From a bacterium (GTDB lineage: Bacteria > Patescibacteriota > Minisyncoccia > Phycocordibacterales > UBA10002): a stretch of DNA of 39,829 nt. Under the pieces are notes generated by a model that was not told the origin of the DNA, did not search any database, and saw only the letters and a program-made list of their open reading frames with translations. Below, piece by piece: positions 1-8,851 of the stretch. Location: positions 1 through 39,829 of the forward strand of contig JAUSFR010000010.1 of NCBI GenBank assembly GCA_030649775.1. Reading direction: 5' to 3'. Within the stretch, counting starts at the first letter, position 1; every line of letters begins with the position of its first letter. Position numbers and translations under genes: made by a program.

Positions 1-330
1 CTCCGCGAGCCATGCGTCAAACGAACCCCATTGTGTAATGAGCATTTTATACATAGGACTGTCCTTGGTAAGGGGAACAGAACCTCCTTCCAAACTTCTG
101 AAGTACACCTCGTGGTTTCGCATACCATTAAACTCAAATCCAAACCTTCGGTTCACTTCGGCGAGCGCGTAGGCATTTTTTTCCGCGTCTTGTTTTAACT
201 CCTGTATCTTTGAAAGGACCAGATTGGCGTGCTTTACATACCCCGCGTACAGCTTGAGATGTTCCTCAATGGTTTTTGCGGAAATCCCTTTGAGCACGGG
301 AATGATAAATTTTTGTTCAACAAATGTCAT
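1..330 (-). CDS. Fe/Mn superoxide dismutase, N-terminal part (runs off window)
   Basis: Manual translation from ATG at 330: MTFVEQKFIIPVLKGISAKTIEEHLKLYAGYVKHAN...FEFNGMRNHEVYF...QWGSFDAWLAE. HxxxYxGYV, NHxxYF and WGSFD are SOD motifs. Not in the ORF track because truncated. Confidence 0.88.
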   Translation of the reverse strand, partial: MTFVEQKFIIPVLKGISAKTIEEHLKLYAGYVKHANLVLSKIQELKQDAEKNAYALAEVNRRFGFEFNGMRNHEVYFRSLEGGSVPLTKDSPMYKMLITQWGSFDAWLAE

Positions 331-509
331 AATACGACACCAATCCATGAATGAAAACGGATGACACGAATCACAAACAGGAACTGGAGATTTAGTTCAT
401 AATGTTCTGCAAGTATAACATACTTTTTTGACAGTTTTTATAAGAGGTGTACAGTGATTTCGGAAGACACACACGTTCTTCTGCGAACAACTCAATTCTG
501 AAAGCTATT

Positions 510-980
510 ATGAATAACTGTTCCTGTTACTCTGGTTCCGGCCCATGCCCTCACTGTCAGTGGCGAGCGACATACCGATGGTCAATCCTTGCCTGTACCC
601 TCTCCGCCCTTATCTATGGTGTTCTCGCCCATTTCGGGAAGCTACCCCTCGTTGGGGCGTTCGGGCTATCACGATGGTGGGATGTTGTCGGGGTGGTGGT
701 GTTCGTTCCGATCACCATCCAAGCCTTAAGAGCATTGTGCTCTACATCTCCTGATAAGGGTGAATTTGTTGGTGGTTTTGTTATCGGTTGGCTCGCCGGT
801 ATTGGTTTTCTTTTCTGGAAAGGTTGCATCGCGGGCTTCATCGCGCTTCCCGTCGGGTTCCTGACTGTTCTCGTTGTCTACTATCTGGTTCAAATATTGG
901 GAGGCGTATTGGATTTTCTCGCTGACCATTTCGGATGGTGGTTCGTAGGCGAACCGCATCCGAGACAAAAGCATCGCTGA
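510..980 (+). CDS. Hypothetical membrane protein (about 4 TM) with Cys-rich N-terminus
   Basis: ORF 447..980; ATG at 510 preferred because TTGACA(428)-16 bp-TACAGT(450) overlaps the GTG start. Hydrophobic segments; followed by a terminator. Confidence 0.6.
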   Translation: MNNCSCYSGSGPCPHCQWRATYRWSILACTLSALIYGVLAHFGKLPLVGAFGLSRWWDVVGVVVFVPITIQALRALCSTSPDKGEFVGGFVIGWLAGIGFLFWKGCIAGFIALPVGFLTVLVVYYLVQILGGVLDFLADHFGWWFVGEPHPRQKHR

Positions 981-1004
981 CCGTCACTCGCATCTTCTTG
1001 CACA

Positions 1005-1037
1005 GCCTGTCCAAAATTGGACAGGCCTTTTTCTTTT
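1005..1037 (+). terminator. Intrinsic terminator
   Basis: GCCTGTCCA-aaat-TGGACAGGC followed by CTTTTTCTTTT. Confidence 0.75.
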
Positions 1038-1068
1038 CCGACTCGTTCGGGGTGCTATACTTTTTCTT

Positions 1069-1929
1069 GTGGACTCCTTTAGAAAAAATCTGCCGTGGTA
1101 TATTCTCGGGCTTCTTTTTGTCGCGACACTGCTCGTTTGGTACGCGGTGGGAGCGGAAGACAGGGGAGGGAAGCTTACCGTTGCGTTTTTGAATATCGGG
1201 CAAGGTGACGCTATTTTCATAGAGTCACCGACAGGTGTGCAGATGATGATAGACGGTGGTCCCGGCGCGGTGGTGCTTCGCGAGCTCGGAAAGGTCATGC
1301 CGTTCTATGACCGCTCTATTGACCTTCTCCTTGTCTCCAATCCCGATACCGACCACCTGTCGGGGTTTTTGGATGTTCTTCGCTCGTTTAAAGTTGTTGC
1401 CGTTGTAGAACCCGGCACGGTTGGCGCATCGGCTGATTTTCACTCGCTTGAAAATGCAATAGAAAAGGAAGGCGCTCGAAAGGTGTTGGCGCAGAGAGGT
1501 CAAAAGCTTGACCTTGGAGGTGGGGTTTATTTTGAAATACTGTTTCCCGACAGGGATGTGTCGGGTCTTAACACCAATGACGGTTCCATAGTCGGAAAAC
1601 TCGTGTATGGAAACACCTCATTCCTTTTTCTCGGAGACGCTCCAGCGTCTATAGAAGAGTATGTAGCGTATTTAGATAAAGAGCATCTCAATGTAGATGT
1701 GCTGAAAGTCGGACACCATGGTTCCAAGACCTCTACAAGCGAAGCACTGCTCGGGTTTGCGTCACCGGCCATGGCGGTTATTTCCGCAGGAAAGGATAAC
1801 AAGTATGGACACCCGCACGCGGAGGTGCTGGACCGCCTCAAGCAATTTGAAGTGCAAACTTTCGGCACCTACGAAAAGGGAAGGGTCATTATGGAATCGG
1901 ACGGGGAGACGGTGTGGGTAAAAAAGTAG
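1069..1929 (+). CDS. ComEC/Rec2-type metallo-beta-lactamase-fold protein (stand-alone, N-terminal TM anchor)
   Basis: Motifs NIGQGDA, IDGG, DH, NDGSIV, FLGDA, LKVGHHGSKTS, NKYGHP. Confidence 0.85.
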   Translation: MDSFRKNLPWYILGLLFVATLLVWYAVGAEDRGGKLTVAFLNIGQGDAIFIESPTGVQMMIDGGPGAVVLRELGKVMPFYDRSIDLLLVSNPDTDHLSGFLDVLRSFKVVAVVEPGTVGASADFHSLENAIEKEGARKVLAQRGQKLDLGGGVYFEILFPDRDVSGLNTNDGSIVGKLVYGNTSFLFLGDAPASIEEYVAYLDKEHLNVDVLKVGHHGSKTSTSEALLGFASPAMAVISAGKDNKYGHPHAEVLDRLKQFEVQTFGTYEKGRVIMESDGETVWVKK

Positions 1930-1952
1930 CCGGAACGCGCAGCGTTCCGGCT
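1928..1952. terminator. Hairpin between convergent genes
   Basis: AGCCGGAACGC-gca-GCGTTCCGGCT, perfect 11-bp stem; weak U-tracts. Confidence 0.5.
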
Positions 1953-1958
1953 CGGGCA

Positions 1959-2399
1959 TTACCGTTCATAGGGCATTGCCGGCGCGGGGTATTCAAGAGC
2001 ACGGTCTGCGAACTCCTGCCATCGTTTTATGTCGGGATGATCCTTGTCTTTCGGAAATTCCCTAAGGTGATTTGATAAGGTGGCATTCAGTCTCTCAACT
2101 ATGTGGAGAAATTCATGGTAATTTCCAGCAGTTATTTCAGTATGTTGCCACAGGTGTGACAAATCCTGAAAATCCCTGCCACATTCTATGCGTGAACGGT
2201 GGCACATCCGAAAAGGCTGTACCCATATGAAGTAGATCGCGACAGTCACCATGGTCGCAACCCCTATTCGTATCAGAGTTCGCAGTAACGACTGGAAAAA
2301 GCTCAAAGCCTCCTCCGAGAAACCGAATCGGGAAACGGACACGGCTACACAAAGAAGAAGGAATGTAAGCCAGATACCAAAGAGCAATTTTGTTTTCAT
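1959..2399 (-). CDS. Hypothetical protein, two N-terminal TM helices
   Basis: 146-aa ATG ORF filling the gap between the ComEC-like gene and rpmB. Confidence 0.6.
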   Translation of the reverse strand: MKTKLLFGIWLTFLLLCVAVSVSRFGFSEEALSFFQSLLRTLIRIGVATMVTVAIYFIWVQPFRMCHRSRIECGRDFQDLSHLWQHTEITAGNYHEFLHIVERLNATLSNHLREFPKDKDHPDIKRWQEFADRALEYPAPAMPYER

Positions 2400-2407
2400 A
2401 GCTACAT

Positions 2408-2451
2408 ACAGAATACCCGCCTTGCGCGCTTACGCAAGGCGGGTATTCTGT
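2408..2451. repeat. Perfect 19-bp inverted repeat downstream of rpmB
   Basis: ACAGAATACCCGCCTTGCG-cgctta-CGCAAGGCGGGTATTCTGT. Confidence 0.85.
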
Positions 2452-2466
2452 TTCGCTCTTTTGTTT

Positions 2467-2498
2467 TTCCTAGTGCCTAGAGCCTTCTTGCCTAGGGC
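2467..2498 (-). repeat. Family A (CTAG heptamer) left arm only, directly after rpmB stop
   Basis: Reverse complement reads GCCCTAGGCAAGAAGGCTCTAGGCACTAGGAA. Confidence 0.75.
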
Positions 2499-2738
2499 TT
2501 AAATGAGTCCCGCTTTCTTGAGTGTCGCAAACGCGCCGTTCTTCTGGATAGTCTTGAGCGCTTTGGTTGAGATAGTGAGTGTCATCGTTTTTTTGAGCTC
2601 GGGGATATAGATGCGCTTTTTTTGTAGGTTAAGCTGGCGCCGTTTCATACCGGTCGGGTTGAATTGCGTCGCGCGGGTGCGGTTGCTGTAGCCTCCAGCT
2701 CGGAGCGCTCCTTTCTTTGTGATGGGGCAGACCTTCAT
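2499..2738 (-). CDS. rpmB: 50S ribosomal protein L28
   Basis: MKVCPITKK...KRRQLNLQKKRIYIPELKKTMTLTISTKALKTIQKNG. Confidence 0.93.
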   Translation of the reverse strand: MKVCPITKKGALRAGGYSNRTRATQFNPTGMKRRQLNLQKKRIYIPELKKTMTLTISTKALKTIQKNGAFATLKKAGLI

Positions 2739-2747
2739 AAGAATGAA

Positions 2748-2835
2748 AAGCTCTAAGTTTTAAGTCCGAAGCTCTAAGAATATCGGAAACGCAATCTTTA
2801 GTTTCTTCGAGCTTAGAGCTTCTAGCTTCGAACTT
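2748..2835. repeat. Family B (GAAGCTC/CTTCGAA heptamer) hairpin upstream of rpmB
   Basis: AAGCTCTAAG...CGAAGCTCTAAGAA / TTCTTCGAGCTTAGAGCTTCTAGCTTCGAACTT. Confidence 0.8.
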
Positions 2836-2876
2836 GAGTTCAGCTATGCTAACATAGTCCTCATAAATTGCCAAAC

Positions 2877-3488
2877 ATGGAATTAGACGCCATATTCTCA
2901 CTCCTTATACTCATCTTCTCCGTCGTGGTTCACGAAGTTGCTCACGGCTGGACGGCAAGTTACTTTGGCGACCCTACGGCACGGCTTCAAGGTCGGCTTT
3001 CGCTTAATCCCCTGAAGCACATTGACCCCATCGGGTCGGTCTTGATACCGCTTCTCCTCTACTTCACGAATGCCGGTATTATGTTCGGCTGGGCGAGGCC
3101 CGTTCCGGTGAACCCCTATAATCTTCGGGGTAAATATGGTGAGGCGATAGTGTCGGTCGCGGGACCGCTTTCAAATCTCTGTATCGCCTTTGTATTCGGC
3201 CTTCTCATTCGTTTTGGAGGAGGACTGATGACCCTCTCATTTCTGCATATTGCCGAAATGGCGGTCATCATCAATATCGTGCTCGCAATTTTTAATCTTG
3301 TACCGATTCCTCCGCTTGATGGTTCAAAAATCCTATTCGCGTTTCTTCCATACCATCTCCAATCTTTTCGGGATTCGCTCGAGCGGTACGGCTTCTTCAT
3401 TGTCCTTTTCTTTATCGTCTTTTTGTGGCAATATCTCACACCCATCATCGGGCTCGTGTTCTCCTTGTTTACCGGCATATCGTTTTAA
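2877..3488 (+). CDS. Site-2 protease family (M50) intramembrane zinc metalloprotease
   Basis: HEVAH, GRLSLNPLKHIDP, AGPLSN, FNLVPIPPLDGS; ATG 2877 preferred over TTG 2868. Confidence 0.93.
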   Translation: MELDAIFSLLILIFSVVVHEVAHGWTASYFGDPTARLQGRLSLNPLKHIDPIGSVLIPLLLYFTNAGIMFGWARPVPVNPYNLRGKYGEAIVSVAGPLSNLCIAFVFGLLIRFGGGLMTLSFLHIAEMAVIINIVLAIFNLVPIPPLDGSKILFAFLPYHLQSFRDSLERYGFFIVLFFIVFLWQYLTPIIGLVFSLFTGISF

Positions 3489-3576
3489 CCATCCTCGGCT
3501 TTTTTGATTGCTTTTTCAGGGGCGGGTGGTATTCTTGACAGAGCGTGTCTTTAGTAATTTAACGTATTTTCTCGTT

Positions 3577-6500
3577 ATGGTAAAAACATCAAGACGATTT
3601 CTCCCACTTTTTGTTTTACTCTTTAGCTTCTCCTTTGCGTTTAACGCCACGGTGGTCTCGGCACTCACCCAAGACCAGATTAACGCCATTATCTCTTTGG
3701 TGCGCTCTTTTGGCGTGGATGAGTCTATCGTCAAGAATGTAGACGATTCGCTGAACGGACGAACGCCGACTATCGTGACAGAAGTAATGCCGGAGCAGTC
3801 ATTTTGCTACAACTGGAGTAAAGACTTAACGGTCGGCTCGGGTGGTTCGGATGTCAAAGCTCTTAATGACGCTCTCTCAAAAGAAGATATTTCCGACAGA
3901 ATGTTAAGTCAAGCGAGCTACTTTGATGAAAATACTGCGGGACACATTGTGCGATTGCAGGCAAAGTACGGCATTCGCCAAACAGGCTATGTCGGTCCGG
4001 TGACTCGCGCCAAGCTCAATCAATTGTATGGTTGTGGCCATAGGATTATTACCCCGCCGCCACCTCATGATGTCGTCATTCCCATAAATGTTGGTTCCAA
4101 CGTGCCTGTGATAAGTGGAGTAAGCGGTCCCCAAACATTAGGCGTCAATCAGGAGGGGACATGGACGATAAAGGCCTCCAGTGCAAACGGGGGCAATCTT
4201 TCGTATTCGGTGGTGTGGGGAGATGAAAACGTCTACCCGTCTGTAACGAGTCATGCAATGCGAAACGTATACTCACAGCAATCAGCAACCTTTTCGCATA
4301 GCTATTTGCAAGCGGGAACCTACACTCCTACGTTCACCGTTACCAGTCAAAATACAATTGCGTGTATCACCACCCCTTGTCCTTCTAATGGCGGAAGCAC
4401 CAAAACCAGTTTGAGCGTGAGGGTGGGGGATGTTACCCACTCGCCTTCCGTCACGGTAACTTACCCACAAGCCGGCTATAGTTTGGAAAACGGATTTAAG
4501 GGTGCTGGTAGAATAGGCTTTATAAAATGGGTGACTTCTTCAAGTATCGGTAATAACACGGTTAGTATCAATTTAACCGACCCAAGCGGTAACATCGTGA
4601 TAAAACACCTTGCTGGTGGTGTTGCTAATACAGGAAGCTATGAATGGAGATATGACTCTTCAATTCCGAGCGGAAAATATCAGATTCAAGTGTTTGTAGA
4701 TTCCGTTAAGGGAGGCTTCGGAGAGGGGGGATTTAGCGGTGTATTTAGCATCGAAAGCAACTCCAGTGTTTCCCCCGCAATCACCGTTCTTCGCCCGAAT
4801 GGGGGAGAGACGTGGACAAAAGGGACGACACAAACCATCAAGTGGCAAGACAATCGTCCAGTTCCTGTTTCCTCCTGTTCAGATGATGGGTCGGTGTGTA
4901 CCACTTCGGTGCGTACCTATGACCTCAAACTCGCACCTTACTACCCGCCGTGCACCGGACAGGTGTGTCCTATGTATGCGTACCGCGAACCATATCCGAT
5001 CGCAAAAGGTGTCTACGGCTCTTCGTATGAATGGAGCGTAGGAAAAGCATCAAATACTGAAGCCGGTTTTGCTCCCGACGGTGCGTACACGATTCAAGTT
5101 TGCCAGTCTGGGACAAACACCTGTGACTTCAGTGATTCCTATTTCAAGATTACTTCTGACAGCTCCGCAAACCACGCTCCAAAAATTATTACAAGCTCTT
5201 CACTATCGGGAGACATCAAGCCCGGACAAACGGTTAACTTCTCGTGGACCGCGAGCGACCCTGACAATGACGATTTATCATGGTCAATAAATTGGGGAGA
5301 GAATAGTACCGAGGTAAGTTCATGTAGCACAGTGCGCTCACAAAATGGAAAAGGGCAGACATACACGGCGAGCCATGCTTGGGCGCAAGCTGGAACCTAT
5401 CAAGTGAAAGTCACCGTGTCCGATTGTGTCGGTGGCAGTGATTCAAGTGTGTTTACCGTGGTAGTTGGAAACGTAGTTAATCCTTCCCTTCCCACCGTGT
5501 CTCTTTCTGCTTCCAGTGGAGGACGTACCGTGTATTCGTCAGATTCGCCCAGTTCCAATGGCGACCCCGTAGGAGGAATGTTGACCGTCAATGTTGGCGA
5601 TGTTGTTTCCTACAAGTGGAGCACGAATGGTAGCTCGGCAACCTCAAACTATACGGTATCGGGAGGAGGAGAGCCTTGCAATTGGTATCCTGCGAGCAGT
5701 GGCCCGCTATTCCCGTGGGTTGCAAATACGACCAGCGGTTCGTATCCTTCGTCATCCTACCAGCTGGCCACTATTTCATCCTGCCAAGCCGGGCACACGT
5801 ATAAGATGAGTTACAAGGGAATGAATAGCAGTGGCTCAAATACGGCGGAGGTAACCGTCGTGGTAAACTCTCAAACGACTCAAGCTCCAACGGTAGACAC
5901 CTGTCGGTTGGATTTTACAAACGGCACCAATATTACGCGAGACGCCATCGGCATTGAAAGTAGTTGTTTGGCGCGCATTTGTGATGTTTACGGTCCCGCC
6001 AATGCCGCTCGGGGCACAGCATCGCAGTGTGTGTTTTCAGGAAAGATTATTAAACACTATCCGGCTATAACTTCTGTCCAGCCTTCAATTACCGTCCTCT
6101 CGCCGAACGGGGGAGAGTCGTGGCAAGCGGGCTCCACGCAGACTCTTAGATGGAATTCCTCAAATGTTTCAAGAGTGTCTCTTGACCTCTACAATCCAAA
6201 TACCGGCGCATTGTTATTTAAGAACCTGGTCAATGTGGCGGGTAATCCAGGAAGTGTAAATTGGACCATCCCGTCGCATCTACAGCCAGGACAATACTGG
6301 CTTAGGGTTGGAACCTGTCTCAACCCCTCTGTCGATTGCAACACATCAGGGGCAATTGACCCCGTAAGTATGAACGGTGTATATGACGGAAGCGACTCTT
6401 ATTTCACTATCACTTCACCAACTGTAACCACCTCCGTCACTCCTGTTATCTCCTCTCTTTCCTCTTACGCGGGTTCGGTTGGGACGACGGTGACGGTTTC

Positions 6501-6699
6501 AGGAACAGGATTTAGTTCGGACAGCTCCATCTACTTTGGTAGCATTACCGTAACGCCCACCAATGTTTCCGCGACCAGTATGACCTTCACGGTGCCCAGC
6601 ACAAACGTTGGGTACTACTATGTATCCACCAAGAGCGGAAACAATTTCAGCAATCACGATAAGCTCTTCAATGTAACGGCTTCCACAACGACTCAATAG
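3577..6699 (+). CDS. Large secreted/surface protein: peptidoglycan-binding-like domain plus PKD/Ig-like and C-terminal IPT/TIG-like domains
   Basis: Signal peptide; DLTVGSGGSDVKAL...TGYVGPVTRAKLN (PG-binding-like); SYSVVWGD and WSINWGE...HAWAQAGTYQV (PKD-like); two PNGGExW modules; PVISSLSS...GTTVTVSGTGF. Confidence 0.8.
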   Translation: MVKTSRRFLPLFVLLFSFSFAFNATVVSALTQDQINAIISLVRSFGVDESIVKNVDDSLNGRTPTIVTEVMPEQSFCYNWSKDLTVGSGGSDVKALNDALSKEDISDRMLSQASYFDENTAGHIVRLQAKYGIRQTGYVGPVTRAKLNQLYGCGHRIITPPPPHDVVIPINVGSNVPVISGVSGPQTLGVNQEGTWTIKASSANGGNLSYSVVWGDENVYPSVTSHAMRNVYSQQSATFSHSYLQAGTYTPTFTVTSQNTIACITTPCPSNGGSTKTSLSVRVGDVTHSPSVTVTYPQAGYSLENGFKGAGRIGFIKWVTSSSIGNNTVSINLTDPSGNIVIKHLAGGVANTGSYEWRYDSSIPSGKYQIQVFVDSVKGGFGEGGFSGVFSIESNSSVSPAITVLRPNGGETWTKGTTQTIKWQDNRPVPVSSCSDDGSVCTTSVRTYDLKLAPYYPPCTGQVCPMYAYREPYPIAKGVYGSSYEWSVGKASNTEAGFAPDGAYTIQVCQSGTNTCDFSDSYFKITSDSSANHAPKIITSSSLSGDIKPGQTVNFSWTASDPDNDDLSWSINWGENSTEVSSCSTVRSQNGKGQTYTASHAWAQAGTYQVKVTVSDCVGGSDSSVFTVVVGNVVNPSLPTVSLSASSGGRTVYSSDSPSSNGDPVGGMLTVNVGDVVSYKWSTNGSSATSNYTVSGGGEPCNWYPASSGPLFPWVANTTSGSYPSSSYQLATISSCQAGHTYKMSYKGMNSSGSNTAEVTVVVNSQTTQAPTVDTCRLDFTNGTNITRDAIGIESSCLARICDVYGPANAARGTASQCVFSGKIIKHYPAITSVQPSITVLSPNGGESWQAGSTQTLRWNSSNVSRVSLDLYNPNTGALLFKNLVNVAGNPGSVNWTIPSHLQPGQYWLRVGTCLNPSVDCNTSGAIDPVSMNGVYDGSDSYFTITSPTVTTSVTPVISSLSSYAGSVGTTVTVSGTGFSSDSSIYFGSITVTPTNVSATSMTFTVPSTNVGYYYVSTKSGNNFSNHDKLFNVTASTTTQ

Positions 6700-6725
6700 T
6701 CACGTCCCCCTACCATTCCTTTAGT

Positions 6726-6752
6726 AAACTGCCGAATTGTTTCGGCAGTTTT
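6726..6752 (+). terminator. Intrinsic terminator
   Basis: AAACTGCCGAA-ttgt-TTCGGCAGTTTT. Confidence 0.75.
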
Positions 6753-6760
6753 GCTTAAGT

Positions 6761-6870
6761 TACGGGTGGACCTGTCCCGTGACGAGTCGGCGAGTTTTAC
6801 GGGGACTTGTCCCGTGGCCGGCTTCGGCTTTACGGGGACCTGTCCCGTGGCCGGCTTCGGCTTTACGGGA
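6761..6870. repeat. Tandem array of about 3.2 palindromic REP-like units (33-bp period)
   Basis: TACGGGGAC(T/C)TGTCCCGTGGCCGGCTTCGGCTT at 6798 and 6831; diverged unit at 6761; partial unit at 6864. Confidence 0.85.
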
Positions 6871-6899
6871 TTGCATTTTTCAGGGTCTTAGGTTACAGT
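6871..6899 (+). promoter_or_regulatory. Putative sigma70 promoter of rpsL
   Basis: TTGCAT-17 bp-TACAGT. Confidence 0.55.
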
Positions 6900-7097
6900 A
6901 GTGCCCACGCTTTCTAGCTGTACGTTTTGCTAGAAAAAGAGTTAAGTGTGGTCTTTCGGGACCCCAGTAGTAGAACCTCAAAGATTCGGTTCACTACGGG
7001 GTGACGATTTTCTACCTCGCTTCGCACCACAAGGGTACTTCCAATTTCTAGTTCACTTTGTTCATAAGAAATTGAGTCGCTCATAACAAAATCAATC

Positions 7098-7511
7098 GTG
7101 TCTACCATCAATCAACTCGTAAAACGAAAGCGCCGTAGCGCTCCGTACAAATCCAAGACTCCCGCGCTCGCGAGAGGTTTTAACGTGATTAAAAACCGCC
7201 CGGTCTATTACCCCGCGCCGTTTAAGCGAGGTGTCTGCACGAAGGTCACCACCAAGACCCCCCGTAAACCAAACTCGGCTATCCGCAAGATTGCCCGTGT
7301 TCGCCTCACGAACGGTATGGAAGTTACCGCCTACATTCCCGGAATGGGACACAACCTTCAGGAACACGCGGTCGTGCTTTTGCGCGGTGGTCGTGTGAAG
7401 GACGTCAACCTTCGTTACCAGATTGTCCGTGGCGTGCTTGATGCCGGTGGCGTTGAGAAGCGTATGAAGGGACGAAGCTCGTACGGAGCGAAGAAGCCCA
7501 AGAAGGCATAA
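7098..7511 (+). CDS. rpsL: 30S ribosomal protein S12
   Basis: [43 protein letters not shown]. Confidence 0.98.
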   Translation: MSTINQLVKRKRRSAPYKSKTPALARGFNVIKNRPVYYPAPFKRGVCTKVTTKTPRKPNSAIRKIARVRLTNGMEVTAYIPGMGHNLQEHAVVLLRGGRVKDVNLRYQIVRGVLDAGGVEKRMKGRSSYGAKKPKKA

Positions 7512-7591
7512 GCTCTAAGAAAGAAAAGCTAGAAGCTCGAAGAATTATTACTTTGAATTTCTTAGGACTTCGAACTTAGTGCTTCGAGCTT
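7510..7591 (+). repeat. Family B hairpin, rpsL-rpsG
   Basis: AAGCTAGAAGCTCGAAGAA ... TTCTTAGGACTTCGAACTTAGTGCTTCGAGCTT. Confidence 0.85.
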
Positions 7592-7631
7592 GAATATCCC
7601 AATTAACTCACTTAGATAATAATAAAAAATT

Positions 7632-8102
7632 ATGCGTCGTAAGGTCAAAAACCGAAAAGAGCTCCAGCCTGATGCGATTTACAACTCGCAGAAGGTGACG
7701 AAGCTCATCAACTACTGTATGGAGGACGGTAAGAAAGAGGCCGCGCGCAAAATCGTGTTCGGAGCCTTTTTGATTATCAAAGAAAAGCTGAAGACGGAAA
7801 ATCCGCTAGAAGTGTTTGATACCGCTCTCAAAAATATCACCCCGCTGATGGAAGTCCGTTCCCGCCGTGTCGGTGGCGCGAACTACCAAGTGCCGGTTGA
7901 AGTTCGTCAGGAACGTCGTCTCGCACTTGCGTACCGCTGGCTCATTGGAGCTGCTCGCGGTAAAAAGGGAAAGCCTATGCGCGAAAAACTCGCCGAAGAG
8001 CTTATTCTCGCCTCAAAGAACGAAGGTGAAGCTGTGAAGAAGCGCGAGAACGTCCACAAGATGGCCGAGGCTAATAAGGCCTTTGCTCACTTCGCGTGGT
8101 AA
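7632..8102 (+). CDS. rpsG: 30S ribosomal protein S7
   Basis: EVRSRRVGGANYQVP, HKMAEANKAFAHF. Confidence 0.98.
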   Translation: MRRKVKNRKELQPDAIYNSQKVTKLINYCMEDGKKEAARKIVFGAFLIIKEKLKTENPLEVFDTALKNITPLMEVRSRRVGGANYQVPVEVRQERRLALAYRWLIGAARGKKGKPMREKLAEELILASKNEGEAVKKRENVHKMAEANKAFAHFAW

Positions 8103-8154
8103 TTTGAGAAAGCTTATAGCTTCTAGCTGATAGCTTTTAGGGAAGACGAAGAAG

Positions 8155-8175
8155 AAGCGGGGTAACCCGTTTTTT
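8155..8175 (+). terminator. Terminator after rpsG
   Basis: AAGCGGG-gtaa-CCCGTTTTTT. Confidence 0.65.
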
Positions 8176-8223
8176 CGTGCTTTATCCAACCCGTTTCTTT
8201 GCGGAATATGCTAAAATACCAAT

Positions 8224-8430
8224 ATGGCAAAAGCTATTGATTGGACCAACATTTGCAAAAAATATAAAGGGCTTTGGGTAGCGCTTTTGGATGACGAGCA
8301 GACTGTAGTTGGAAGCGGTAAAACCTTAAAAGGAGCAATCGAGAAAGCCCAGAAAAGCGGGTATCCAGACCCGATTATGATGCGCGTCCCCGCGAGGATA
8401 CTTCCGTATATCGGGGGATTTCGTGTATGA
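8224..8430 (+). CDS. Small protein, DUF5678-like
   Basis: KYKGLWVAL...VVGSGKTLKGAIEKAQKSGYPDP; ATGA overlap with the next gene. Confidence 0.7.
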   Translation: MAKAIDWTNICKKYKGLWVALLDDEQTVVGSGKTLKGAIEKAQKSGYPDPIMMRVPARILPYIGGFRV

Positions 8431-8851
8431 AGTTCAAGTATCTCAAATTTGCTCTACCGGAACCTTCTCCCATTTTCGGTCCCACGCTTCCCAAACCCAT
8501 TATCCCGATTGAACTGACGTTTGGGGACAAGCGAGTCCGATACGGAGCGCTGGTAGACTCCGGAGCTGATTTTTGTATGGTGGACGGAGCCATCGGAGAA
8601 TTTTTAGGTATAGATGTTCAGGCAGGCGTACATGAAGTGTTTGGTGGTGTTGAGGAAAGTAAAGGACTGGAGGTGTTCTTTCACACGCTTACTCTGGGTG
8701 TTGGAGGTCTTGAATACGAAACCGCTGTCGGTTTTTCTACGATATCGCAAACCATGGCTTCTGTGTCTTGGGGCAGTATGGGTTCTTTGACCGATTTATC
8801 GTGAAGTTCGATTTAGTAAAAGGGGAAATTGAACTTAAGCAAAGGAAGTAA
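8427..8851 (+). pseudogene. Retropepsin-like aspartyl protease, frameshifted near 8737
   Basis: ALVDSGAD catalytic motif in the first frame. The expected C-terminus YDIANHGFCVLGQYGFFDRFIVKFDLVKGEIELKQRK* is in the -1 frame and ends TAA 8849-8851, overlapping the next ATG. Confidence 0.75.

Noticed and set aside
6761..6870. Possible mini CRISPR array
   Set aside because: Units are contiguous with no unique spacers, and no cas genes are present.
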